Source: Lingula anatina
Taxonomy: Eukaryota; Animalia; Brachiopoda
Assembly: GCA_051362555.1 (NCBI GenBank)
Contig: CM120646.1
Span: 2,356,001-2,420,000 of the forward strand
Length of the DNA stretch: 64,000 bases
Direction of reading: 5' to 3'
The translations under genes were made by a program, and so were the position numbers. The notes below the pieces were generated by a model that worked only from the letters and a program-made list of their open reading frames with translations, did not search any database and was not told where the DNA came from. Positions 38,503 to 52,080 of the stretch are shown here, piece by piece. Every line of letters starts with the position of its first letter. Position 1 is the stretch's first letter.

Positions 38503-38840
38503 AGGGATAATAACTCTTCGTTTTGGCCAAAAAAAATGAATTTTCCTGGAGAAAACAACAATTTTCCCATACTTACCAATGGTTAATGAATCCATTTTTA
38601 CATTCAAATTTAGTCCCTGGTTTTTTCTAAAAAATTTGGTTTTTTGTTAAAATCTCTTAAGAGATTATAACAGAGTATAGCCATCAATGGAGGTCACGTG
38701 ATTTGAAGACCAGCTCAGATATCATAATAATAGCTATAACTGCCGTTTTCGTCGTAAAACAGAATATATTATATTTCTATGAGTTATTTACAATGTTTTT
38801 ATTGTGAAATACAGATTTCATACGAAGAGTTATTATCCCT
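38503..38840. mobile_element. Kolobok-like MITE, duplicated along with the tandem unit
   Basis: Same as 36024-36361, with the same flanks. Confidence 0.85.
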
Positions 38841-41698
38841 TTAACATAAAGTGCTTAGTGCGTTTTACGTGTGTTTTTAATCGCACACTTTGTCTCTTTA
38901 AATGTATTTAAAATAACCCTTAATAATTTGGATACTTTCATATTAGCTTACATATACATGTATTAAGCGTGTTTTTAGTTAACAGAGTACTCAATTATGC
39001 AGATCATTCATAGACAATTACAAATAGATAAATAAATAAATAAACATGAGACATGTGTGAACCCCAACCATGAGTTTCTCCGATCACAATTTTTTTTAAA
39101 TCTTAAAAAAAATCTTGAAACTTTTTTGCTTCCGTTTGGCAGATCTTGTGTGAAAACAAGGGCGTCTGACGTCACAGTTTTAATCGTCCTTGAATGAGAA
39201 CATGTCTGACATTTATGGTATCATAACAGTTCCCCCCCCCCCCCACACACACACAGTAAAGAGTGTAAAGTTCAAAACATTTCACCTACATTTCTAAAGT
39301 TTTAAGTTTGATAATGCAACTCCATCTTTAAACGAAATGACTCAGATTTGACATATATGGTGACTAGTTCATTTTCATTTATGTTACATTTATGTAACAT
39401 TTATATCTATGGTGTTTGAACAAAGGATGATTACCAACGTCTGGAAATGGCGTCATAAAAACAGTTTACTGTACCAGCATTGCTTAAGTCTTTGATCTTT
39501 GATTTAAGTGACAAGCCTATTTTGAACTGTCAGTCTTTTCATTAAAATTGGCAAACCTGTCTGTTAATTTTTATCAGTCCTCTAATGTTTTTTTATTTTT
39601 TATTTTTATTTTTTTTATTTTTATTTTTTTTGCGTTATTCCTGTATTTCATAGGTTACAGTTCTGGAATATTTGTATGATAGATTGCAGGCTGAACCAAA
39701 ATGTTGCTCGTTTTATTTTTTATGCTGTCGTTTTGCTATTTATTTCCCCCAACCCGTCAAATATTTCGCTAACGTTTCCCGAGCTTTTTCTTGCATGGAA
39801 ATAGCCTTATTTCTCATACTAATGGCAGTACTTGACCAGCATACTGTCCTATTTTTCCACACAAATTTCTTTTAAAAAAAAGCTGCAACCACAATCAACA
39901 AAGAATAGAGACTGTCAAAGCAAACATTCGTCAGGAAATTCATTGGATTCTTTAGAGCACTTATAGTGAATTTTAAATAAATGTCATCACAGATCTCAAG
40001 TATAAGTATGTGAGAATGACATAATAAACTGCTGCAGTTAACGAAACACCGTAATTTGGAGGCGTACGTTTGTCTAGCTCACTGCTGAAGTCGAAACTAT
40101 GGTCATGTCGTTATGGGTAAAGATATCCATTGATTGTTTACAGCACAGATAATGTACCTCTATAAAATTTAACCTCGCAAATGACTAGTCAGTTTAAGAT
40201 GAAGGTCTTCTAACAGATAAGCCAGTCTGAAGGAGATGTCAACCGACATTAGGTAAAGAAATTACAATAAAACCAACCCAATGTCCTCTAGAAGACCAAG
40301 TGCACATAACAATCGAGTTATTTTAAGAATTTATCAATGTTCAGTTGATAGCAAGATGTATGGCGTGTCTTAAAGAGTCATCTTTCTCCTATGCTTAATT
40401 TCGTGGTGTTATTTCCAGTACTCGACCATCTTATATTACTAAATCTACATGCACCATATTGTCACTAAATTTTACACGTCACCATGCACATTATGTATTC
40501 AACGAAACGAATGTCAGCAAAACCTCTCTCTCTCGTTATCACACAATCATATTTGTGTACGCATTTTCACTTACTTTCTCATTCTTATTTTCTCTCTGTC
40601 TCACACACACACCCATGCGTGCAAAAAATAAAATTATTATACATACATACATACATACATACACAAGCTCGCACGCACCTCCAAATCTGGCTCGGGTGAT
40701 GGAGCTGTCTTGCTAGCCCCTTCCATTGGCAAGGTAACACACATGTTCATATAGTCATCTGCAGTCTTCGGTTTACCAGCCTGAACTAAGACTTGTATGT
40801 TTAATAATACAAGACTGAAGATCAGAATTGTCTTCATTATCATACGTGTGGAGTTGAACAAAATGATGTGTGATCCTCTTAACCCTCTTATCTTTTATAT
40901 TGACAGTACCTTGTCTGACGTAGCATTTGGATCATTGCTGTCAGGGCCAATCAAATTGAAGTCATGCCGGTGACAACATTACTAACAAAACAACAGTGCA
41001 CAATACGCAATAGTAGGCCGTTAGACGTATGCCGAGAGAAGACTTTTTACAAACATATTTTCAAAATAATCCAATACGTGAGACGAGAGGCTTAATCCTG
41101 AGAACGACATGGCTGAAAATATACACAGAGTCAACATACTTTAGAGGGTAGAATTAACGAACATTTTATTTGATTTTAGTTGTTTTGGTTCTAAAGTGGG
41201 TCTGGGTTCTGTCTTTGGTCTGTGTAAGGGTTCTGATTCGGGCTTTGAAGAATAATATTTTTTAATTCACTGGCGATAAATACAGCCATATACATCATTA
41301 TGACCTAGATATAGGACCAATATATAATGATATGAAGAATGGAGGACATAACCTCACCTTGATCTAAGCGGGGTGACGGTCAGTGTCGGCAATGTCAAAG
41401 AAATGAGACCATTGCATAACAACATTTGCTTCCAGTATTGCTTGTTAAGTTTTTGGTAGGGTTCATGCCGTATAGGATAAAAATAGCTTCATATTTAGCA
41501 AGATTAACTGAACTCAATAGTAAGAGAACTTGGTTTTGTTTAGGATATTATGTCATATTCTGTTATTATGTTCATCATGTAAAAAGCATGGTAATGGAGT
41601 AAAAAAAACATTTTGCAGAGTGGGTTTTATCTGATTATGCAAGGAGATTCTACAAGCGCACAATTACATTCAATTCAAATTTTAGCCACAAAGCGGTT

Positions 41699-42415
41699 TT
41701 ATGCGGCAGCCTTTTCCTCGGCAGCCGCTTGAGCCACGGCTGTATTTGGGTTTGGTTTGGAGGGATCGAATGTGAACACCATGCAGGGTTCAGAGTCTGG
41801 GACCACCTTGTAGACATCGTGCCATACGGTGGTGCAAAAGTCGGCGGCGGAGCTGTAAAACTCTTTGTACTTTTTACACACCGAGCCCTCCTTGCAGCTG
41901 TTAATTTCTAGAGATAAACACAATTTAATATTATTAAGCATGGTTATATTTCTGGTGTATGTGTCTACCTGCTGGGCAGTGACTCATTAAGACAATTTTT
42001 CTGGCATCGCTTTTTTGTTGCAAGCTTCACTTTATTATTTCTTTAAAATGTAGTAGAATATACGATGTCAGGAAAAAGTCATAATTTACAAAGGCGCCAT
42101 CTGTATCTATACAGGCCAGCCGTTTAAAAAGCACATCTGTATAAATCAACCAAAATTCGACATTTTTCCTATTGACTTATTTTAGGAGATCAGCATGAAT
42201 CAGATGGCATCACTCACCACCCCAGTCCATGTCAGTGATCCAGTCCCTATGACAAGTGTATTCCTCTTTGCAGGCATTCCACCATTCTTCACACAGGCTG
42301 GCACAAAGTGGTACCTGATCAAGGAGCTCGAAATCCGGTTGTTCATACTGTAATGGAATGGTTAAATTTGGGAGACAGAAATATGTATTTCAGGTAGCTT
42401 GCTCATAACTTCTCT

Positions 42416-42496
<81 letters not shown>

Positions 42497-42564
42497 CAAG
42501 GAAAATCATGGTTTCACTCTAAATAAGGCTGAAAGATTTCTTGGCTCCACTTTTATATATGACT

Positions 42565-42607
<43 letters not shown>

Positions 42608-44490
42608 TTCAGGGATCTTGCTCATGACTTTTCCACTTAATTTTCACTTTATACATGATGTTTACCCATCCTTAAAATACAAACACAATATTCCCCTTTG
42701 CAACTGCAAACATAAATACACGATTTTTTTGTTCGGAGCGCATGTCAGATACACAGTATTTTTATTTCAAAAAAGTATATTTAGCAACGCGCCTAAATGC
42801 AACTTATCTCTTCTTTACATCCCGACGCATACAAACAGAAAGAGAGAGAGAGCAGGGACACACAGACGATCCAACAGACATCAGTAATTGTACATACTGC
42901 CTTGACAATCCAAGGACCAAGGTTGGGAGAACAGGCATAGAAGCATATATCTTGGTGCATTAGTCTCGCACATTCCGGTGACAGACGCGGTTTCTCTGGA
43001 CAGTGGACGTAATTAAACATTGAATTCCACACATGGTTCTCCAGAAAATCTGCAGTTGCGTTCGTGTTGCAACAGGACCTTTCTCGGAAACTTGGACACT
43101 AGAAAAAAACAACACTTAGGTTGAAATAAACGCCATGCATTCGACGCAGTTTGGCAAGGTCATTTACACTTTACATTTCAGTAATACGAGTAAGTCCAAC
43201 ATATTGCTTGTCATATCGAAGTATACGCCACCTTATTCCTTTTGAGCAGAAACTGTGGCTTCTTATGTTATGATAGGTTTGAACAATTGTACATTTAAGA
43301 TAAGGCACGTTGTTAAATTCTATAGAGATATCAAAAACAGGAGAAACTTGCGACTTAAGGAGAGCTTAACAGGTGCTTTAAATCATACACTTTGTAACAT
43401 AGAATGTGATTAAAATAACCCTCAATAAATTGAATACTATCTAATCAGTTTTTTGGAAACTGTAAGCACAAAGTTCATTCCTTTTTTTAAACATTTTTCG
43501 CTCTCTATTTTGCTGATCTTGTGTGAAAACAGGGGTGTCTGGCGTCACTGTTTTAATCACCCTTGAATAACAACATGTAAGATATTTATAGAGGTTTCTC
43601 TCATATTCCTGTACCATTTTTGTCTACGTCTGAACAAAGGATAATTACCAATGTCTGGAACTGATGTTATAAAACAGTTCACTGTACCAGCATAGCTGCT
43701 TTAGTCTCTGAACAATTATTTAAAAAAGCATAAAATATGACGTGCTTTTTTCAACTGTCAGTCTTTTCATTTAAATGGGTAAACTTGGCTGTTCATTTTA
43801 ATCAGTCCTGTAATGTATTTTTTCACTTTAAGGTACCCGACTTTCAATGCACAACAGATAACAGGTGGGCCAAAATGTTGCTCGTTCTAATCATATATAT
43901 TGCAGTTTAAATATTTTTTGGTGGAATGACATAAAATATTGCTGCATTTAATGACAGCAGCTTTACATTGACAGTGCATAGAAGGAGTTTATCTAGTTCA
44001 CTGCTAAAGTGGTGACCAAGGGCCTGCCGTTATGGGCAAATATTGTCTATTGACTGCTTACAACTCACATACATGTATCTCTATGAAATTAAATCTCACA
44101 TACAAATAACGATTCAATTTTAGATGGTCTTCTAACAGTTAAGCCAGTCTGAAGTAGACCGATATAAGGCTAAGAAATTTAATTAAACAATTTTTATGTT
44201 CTCCAGAGAATCGAAGACACAAACAAGTTAAAAGCTACTATAGGAAATTATCAACGTTCACATTAGCAACAGGTACGGCATGCCTACAAGAAATACTTTT
44301 GTACTATTTTCAAGCTTGTGGTTTTTTTAACGATACTTGACCATCTTATATTTATAGATCTACATGTGCCATAATTGTCACTATAACACACCGTCACAAG
44401 ATGCATTCAACGAAACAAATGTCAGCAAAACCTTTCTCTCTCTTCCTCTCTTTTAGTCACACAAACACATGTACGCATTTTGACTTTTTT

Positions 44491-44544
<54 letters not shown>

Positions 44545-44798
44545 TACACACACGCGCACAAAAACATACATAAATATACATACATACATACATACATACA
44601 TACATACATACATACATACATGCAATCTCGTACCTCCAAATCTGGCTCGGGTGATGCAGTTGTCTTGCTGGCTCCTTCTATTGGCAAGGTAATACACATG
44701 TTCATATAGTCATCTGCAGTCTTCGGTTCACCAGCCTGAACTAAGACTTGTATGTTCAGTAAAACGAGACTGAAGATCAGAATTGTTTTCATTATCAT
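41699..44798 (-). CDS. Secreted folate receptor / riboflavin-binding-like protein E
   Basis: Exons 44798-44634, 43098-42898, 42347-42218 and 41907-41699. Open frame, 16 Cys. Confidence 0.9.
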
Positions 44799-45569
44799 AC
44801 GTGTGGAGTTGAACAAAATGATGCGGAGTCCTATTTTCATTGCTATATTGATGGTAACTTGTCTGACGTAGCATTTGGATCATTGCTGCCAGGGCCAATC
44901 AAACTGTAGTTGTGCCGGTGACAGTATTACCAACAAAATGGTGCACAATACGTCATAGTAGACGGTCAGACGTATGCTGAGACAGGACGTTTACAAATAT
45001 ATTTTCGAAACAATTTAATACGAGAGACGAGATGCCTAATACTGAGAATTATTGACATGTCATATTTCAAAGGTGTATAAGTCACCATAAAGGAGAATTA
45101 CCACTGTCACGTATTTTTTATGGAAGGATACATCATCACAAGACAGAAGGCATTAGGAATTGAATAGCAATGTATATATTAATACTTTCACACAAAATTA
45201 AAGATTACAGAAACAACAATTCTTTTTGTTGAACTTGAATAACAAAGAATTGTTTTAATATTTCTGTTTAAACAGCATCGTGTTACGATTTATACATTAT
45301 TGTGCTACGATTTGAACTTAACATTATATGTGAATTTACTTTCACAATGTTCAAGCTTAACAGGGTACCGACCTATTCAGATTATTGTGCCCCATCTTTT
45401 GCAGACTAATTCCTGTCGGTATTTGCTAAAAATCACAGTCTTTTCACATTTTGCGCCAAATCCTAGACGCAATGGTATGGAATAAAAACATATAAGTGTA
45501 TTCTTTAAGCTTTTTTCCGGCTGACTTTGCTTTTGTATATACTATGTGCTACCTCGTATTACAGGAACC

Positions 45570-45921
45570 ACCACTGGTTCTGAATTGGGTACGGGTTCGG
45601 ATCTGGGCTCTGGTTCTGAATTGCGTAGGGGTTCTGGTCTGGGCTCTGGTTCTGAATTGGGTACGGGTTCTGGTCCGGACTCTGGTTCTGAAATGGGTAC
45701 GGGTTCTGGTCCCGTTGCCGGTTCTGAAGTCGATACGGGTTCAGTTCTGGGTTCTGGCTCTGAACTGGGCACGGCATTGGGTCCGGCTCTGTTTCTGAGC
45801 TAGGTACAGAGGGTAGAGAAGGTTGGAGAGACTCACTAGTTTGTATCAGCGCCTCAATATCTGCATGATGGTTTACAGGCACGACGATAAAAACCAATTT
45901 TTTGTTCGAAATCATAGCCAT
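45570..45921 (-). pseudogene. 5' part of the Pro/Glu/Ser repeat ORF family
   Basis: MAMISNKKLVFIVVPVNHHADIEALIQTSESLQPSLPSVPSSE, a frameshift at about 45780, then SSEPEPRTEPVSTSEP... repeats. The tail is deleted. Confidence 0.55.
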
Positions 45922-46845
45922 GCTGTCTGCCTCTTATATACATTTGTTTGTAAAACCAATCGGAAAATCGCAAGAACATTTCATGTAAGGTAAATTTGAT
46001 ATATCTTTAAATTACTTTACTTTTCTAATTTAAATAACATTAGGCTGGCCTCAAACAAGCAGAAAAACGAAGTTGAAAAGATAACACCATTGCAAAGGAA
46101 TAAAATCAGTTCAAGACCTCAAATTACTTGTGGAATGAAGACCAGTTAACGACATTTGCATGTTATTGGACCGTCTAGTCACTCAAATTAGACAGATACA
46201 TATCTACGCCAAAGTAGGTCTGCCTCAGTGGCAACGTTTATGTAATGACCTGCTTTTATTCACACTTCATAGAGTAAAATTGATTTACATCTAGAACTGG
46301 CGCAGCATTTATTGTCACGTGCTGTCAGCGTTATGATGCAGGTATTGCAACAAAAACGTAAACAACGGTACAAAATTATTGAATGGTAGGCTGCCAAATG
46401 AATGATAATTGAAGCCTTACAAAGACATTTGTTATTTTGGGATGCATAGTCAATAAAATGGGATTAAAATATTTCATAATGTACAGACTGTTCAAATTTT
46501 ATTTTTCGTTTTCATATTTTAGACGGCAGGTATTGCAAATTACCAGGCGATTGCACCTTAGAATTTGCTTCCAGATATTGCATGTTTCGTTTTCAGTAGG
46601 GTCCTCATTGGCCAAAAAAATCTTGTTCTAGTGGATAAAAATAGCTTTATAGTTAGCAAGATTAACTGAACTCAAAAGTTAGAGAACTTGGTTTTGCTCG
46701 GTATATTATGTTATATTCTGTTATCATGTAAAAAGCACGGTAACAAAGTAAAAACATCCTATTTTGCAGACTTTTATCTGATTATGCAAGGAGAATCTAC
46801 AAGCGCAAAATTCGACTAAATTCAAAGTTTAGCAACAAAGCGATT

Positions 46846-47780
46846 TTATGCAGTCGCCTTTTCCTCGGCAGCAGCTTGAGCCACGGCTGTATTTGGATTT
46901 GGTTTCGAGGTGTCGAAGGTGAATACCAAGCAGGGTTCCGAGTCTGGGACCACCTTGTAGGCATCGTGCCATATGGTGTTGCAAAAGTCGGCGGCGGAGC
47001 TGTAAAACTCTTTGTATTTTTTACACACCGAGCCCTCCTTGCAGCTGTTAATTTCTAGAAAAAAACGACACAATTCAATATCATTTAGCATGATTATATT
47101 TCTGGTGCATGTGGTTACTTGATGGTCAATGACTCACTTTAGATAATTGATGTGCTGATGACTTCATTTCATTAAAATGTAGTAGAATTTAAATTTGAAT
47201 AAAATAAACAATTTTTATTCAATTTTTATTCATCTGCATCTAGTGTAGGGGCCTAGGTTGTTTAAAAAATCACATCAATTTATATCAACCAAAATTTTCA
47301 TCAAGTTGTCGATATTTTCACCAATCACTATAATCAGATGGCGACACTCACCGTTCCAGTCCATATCAGTGACCCAGTTCCTGTGACAAGTGTATTCCTC
47401 TTTGCAGGCATCCCACCATTCTTCACACTGGCTGGCACAAATTGGTGCCTGATCGAGGAGCTCAAAATCCGGATTTCCATACTGTAAAGGAATGGTTAAG
47501 TTTGAGAGACAAAGAATGACATAGAGAGATGGTTTCAGGTATCTTGCTCATGACTTCTCTTCTTAATTTTCACTTCATACGTGATGTATGTTTCCCAATC
47601 CTTTCAACTGTATGCACAACATTCACCTATGCAAATGCATACAAAATGACGGAATTTCTTTTTATTCGGAAAAACGAAGGTTACCTCCACAGTATTTTCA
47701 TTTTAAAAAGGGGGTTTATTAACACGAATAAAGGCAACATACATATTCTTTGCATCCCCACGCATCCACACACGCACACG

Positions 47781-47842
<62 letters not shown>

Positions 47843-50063
47843 AGGGAAACACAGCCGACCCAACAGACAACATTTAATGTACGTACTGCCTTGACAATCC
47901 ACGGGCCGAGATTTGGGGAACAGGCATAAAAGCACATTTCTTGGTGCGTTAGTCTCTCACACTCTGGGGAAAGACGCGGTTTATCTGGACAATGGATGTA
48001 ATCTACCATTGAATCCCACACATGGGTCTCCAGGAAATCTGCAGTTGCGTTTACGTTGCAGCAAGACTTTTCTCGGAAACTTGGACACTAGAAAAATAAA
48101 AACATTTAGGTTGAAATAAACGTGATGCATTCGACGCAATTTGAAAATATCATTTGCACTTTATGTTTAAGTAATACGGATATGCCCAACATCTTGCGTG
48201 TCATAAAGAAGCCATTTGAGTCCTTTTGAGCAGAAGCTGTGGCTTCTTAATCTTATGTTATGAGAGTATTGAACGATTGTACACATAAGTTAAGGTACAT
48301 TGTTAAATTTCACTGAGATATCAAAAACAAGAGAAACGTTGGATTTATTATTTTGCAACATCATTGTTTAACATTAAGGAGTGCTTTACAGACGTTCAAA
48401 ATCTTACACCTCTTAACTTAGATAAAATAAAAATAACCCTTTATGATTCGAATACTATCTCATCAGCTTATCGAAAAAAAAATTCCTTCCTCTTTTTACA
48501 TTTTACATTGTGTCTGTTTGGTAGATCTGTGAAAACAGGGGCGTCTGGCGTCACAGCTTCATTCGTACTTGAATGAAAACATATTAGATATTCATAGAGG
48601 TTTACCTCATATTCAAGTTACGTTTATGTCTACGTTTGAACAAAGGATGATTACCATTTCCTGGAAATGATGTTATAAAAGAGATCACTGCACCAGCATA
48701 GCTGCTTTAGTCGTTGAACAATTATTTTACAAAGCACAACATATGCTTTTTTGACCTGTCAGTCTTTTCTTTAAAATTAGCAAACGTGGCTGTTCATTTT
48801 TATCAGTCCACGAAGGTATGTGTTTTTCATTTTTAGGCTACCAGCCTTTCAAATGCAGTGTATTTCGTACATGACAGTTCTGAAATGATTGTACAATATA
48901 TAACAGGTTGGCCAAAAATGTTGCTAATCATTTACTGTCGTTTAAGTATTTTTTCTGCAAACACTCAAAATAGGGATATTTTCCCTCAATAGAAAAAAAA
49001 TCCCCTGCATGGACATGGGTTTATCTGTCATCAAAATCCCAATTCTTGTACAGCACACTCCCCTGATTTCCCCACATACTTAATTTTGGATTTCTGAAAA
49101 AAATCTGCAACCACAATCAATAAGCAATAGAAGCTGTGCAAGCAAACATTCGTCAGGGTATTCTGAGAATTCCACTAAGTACGTGTACACTTGTTTTCAC
49201 AACCTTCAAAGTACACGTATTAATTTATAATTTAGAGAAGGGGTGTACGGATTGTACATATCATTTATTAATTAATCGTGTTTTTGGAATAGTGACATTG
49301 TAGGAGGTTATTTTCTATCCAATAGAAAAATGTCATTGTTCTATGATTTTTGCAGAAAAATTATTGAATCATTCATTCATTGTGTACAATCAATCAGAAT
49401 GGGAAACATAATTTTGCCCGGCCACCTCGTAATTTGGATCACCTACATAAAAATAGGTAAAATGCTTAACTTTATGGTACTTTATAGTGAATTTTAATAA
49501 ATATCCCAGATCTCTCCTGTAATAACGAAACATGTGGGGATGATATAAAATACTGCTGCATTTAATGACAGCAGCGTTATATTGACAGTGCTTTGGGGGA
49601 GTTTATCTATCTTAAGGTGATGACTATTGTCCTGTTGTTCTGGGTAAATATTATCCATTGACTGCTTACAGCTCACATGCTGTACCTCTATGAAATTTAA
49701 TCTCACATACAAATAACCATTCAATTCTAGATGGTCTTCTAACAGTTAAGACAGTCTGAAAGAGACCGACATAAGGCTAAGAAATTAAATTAAATAAAAT
49801 TTAATGTTCCCCAGAGAATCGAATACACAACATACAAGTTAAAAGCTATTCTAGGAATTTATCAGTGTTCACCTTAACATCAGGTATGGCATGCCTACAA
49901 GAAATACTTTTCTACTATTCTCAGTCTCTTGTGGTTTTCTTTCTTATACTTGACAATCTTATATTTATAGATCTAAAACGAATGTCAGCAAAACCTCCCT
50001 CTCCCTCACTTTTTGTCACACAAACACATGTACGCGAATTGACTATTTATTTTACCCTCTCTA

Positions 50064-50104
<41 letters not shown>

Positions 50105-50346
50105 GACACACACACACACACACACACGCGCGCGCGCGCACATAAACTTACTACATACAGATGCATACAACAAACTCACACCTCCAAATCTGGCTCGGGT
50201 GATGGAACTGTCTTGCTGGCCCCTTCTACTGGCAAGGTAACACACATGTTCATGTAGTCATCTGCAGTCTTCGGTTCACCAGCCTGGACTAAGACTTGTA
50301 TGTTCAATAATACGAGACTGGAGACCAGAATTGACTTCATTATCAT
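46846..50346 (-). CDS. Secreted folate receptor / riboflavin-binding-like protein F
   Basis: Exons 50346-50182, 48087-47887, 47481-47352 and 47054-46846. Open frame, 16 Cys. Confidence 0.9.
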
Positions 50347-51289
50347 ACGTGTGCAGTTGAACAAATGCAGAGTCCTCTTTCCATTGCTATATTGATGGTA
50401 ACTTGTCTGACGTAGCATTTGGATCATTGCTGCCAGGGCCAATCAAATTGAAGTTGTACCGGTGACAGTATTACCATCAAAACAACGGTGCACAATAGGT
50501 AATAGTAGACGGTCAGACTTATGCTGAGAGAAGACGTTTACAAATATATATTTTCAATACAATTCAATACGTGAGACGAGAGGCTCAATACTGAGAATTA
50601 TTGACATGTCATATTTCAAAGGTGTATTAGTCACCATAAAGGTGAATTACCACTGTCACGTATTATGTATGGAAGGATATATCATCACAACACAGAAGGC
50701 AATAAGAACTGAATAACAATGTATATATTAATACTTTCACATAAAATTAATGTTTGATAAACGATAATTATGTTTATTGAACTTGAATAACAAACAATTG
50801 TTTTCATATTTCTGTTTATACGCTATCGTGTTACGATTTATACATCACTGTGCTACGATTTGAACTTAACATTATACGCGAATTTACTATCAAAAGTCAA
50901 AGCTTTACAAGGTACCGACCTATTCAGATTATTGTGCCCCATCTTTTGCAGACTAATACCTGTCAGTATTTGCTAAAAATCATCGTCTTTTCAAATTTTG
51001 CGCCAAATCCTTAGCCGCGATGGTTTGAAATAATTACATATAAGTGTTTCTTTAATTTTTTTCCGGCTGACATTGCTTTTGTATATATATGTATAGGAAC
51101 CGAATATAGCTTTATTGAGGTTTCATAAAAAATTAAGCAAATTATTAATTATGCTATCTCCTGGTTCGTGTAACAGGCACAAGTGTAGCTTGCTTTAGTT
51201 TATTTTGTATGGACTTTTAACTAGACCATACCCCAAAATGTAAGTAAAACGCCATTATCTCAATCCCATCATCTCAACAGGGAGAGGAA

Positions 51290-51645
51290 CCATGCTAACA
51301 GTCGAGCGGAAAAGTCTTTTGGGGTTTGTTAGAAGGCTGGGTATTTTTGGCAAGCAGTGGAGTGGGCGCTGTAAAGTAGAATGTAGTGATTTGTTTTGAC
51401 TTTTAGCTTAGCGCAGGTTCTGGCCTGGGCTCTGGTCTGGGCTCTGGTTCTGAACTGGGTAGGGTTTCTAGTCTGGGCTCTGGTTCTGAACTGGGTAGGG
51501 TTTCTGGTCTGGGCTCTGGTTCTGAACTGAGTAGGGTTTCTGGTCTGGGTTCTGGTTCTGAACTGGGTACGGATTCTGGTCTCAGCTCTAGTTCTGAACT
51601 GGGTACGGGTTCTGGTCTGGGCTCTGGTTCTGAACTGGGTCTGGA
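51290..51645 (-). pseudogene. 3' part of the Pro/Glu/Ser repeat ORF family (N-terminus deleted)
   Basis: 36-nt repeats and the tail TFYFTAPTPLLAKNTQ. The flank GCTGTCTGCCTCTTATAT at about 51658 matches the sequence upstream of the ATG at 45921. Confidence 0.55.
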
Positions 51646-52080
51646 CAGCTCTTAATGCTGTCTGCCTCTTATATCAAAAAATAAAATACACATTTGTTTG
51701 TAAAACAAATTTCATAATATCCAGACTGTTCAAATATTATTTTTCGGTGCATATTTTTGACGGCGGATATTGCCAAATACCAGACGATTGCACCCTAGCA
51801 TCTGCTTCCAATATTGTATGTTGAGTTTTCAGTAGGGTCCTCATTGTCCAAAAAAAAAAATTATTGTTGTAGCGGATAAAAAAGCCTTATAGTTAGCAAG
51901 ATTAACTGAACTCAAAAGTTAGAGAACTTGGATTTGCTCGGTATATTATGTTATATATCATGTAAAAAGCATGGTAACGAAGTAAAAACGCCCTGTTTTG
52001 CAGATTTTTTATCTGAATATGCAGGGAGAATCAACAAGTGCACAATTCGACTAAATTCAAACTTAAGCCACAAAGTGATT

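Larger units (their letters stand above)
34645..40843 (-). pseudogene. Folate receptor-like gene D with an exon-3 frameshift and a duplicated exon 1
   Basis: Exons 40843-40679 (duplicate at 38366-38202), 35802-35602, 35227-35106 and 34853-34645. Exon 3 is 122 nt: a 14-nt deletion removes R(D/N)WIT and shifts the frame. The other exons are open. Confidence 0.8.
35958..40914. repeat. Near-identical 2.48-kb direct tandem duplication (35958-38436 and 38437-about 40914)
   Basis: Identical ORF pairs offset by about 2477 nt. Only a few substitutions and a poly-C length difference. Confidence 0.95.

Noticed and set aside
42417-42492. Long (AT)n tracts here and at 17238-17294, which give YIYI ORFs
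   Set aside because: These are simple microsatellites and non-coding.
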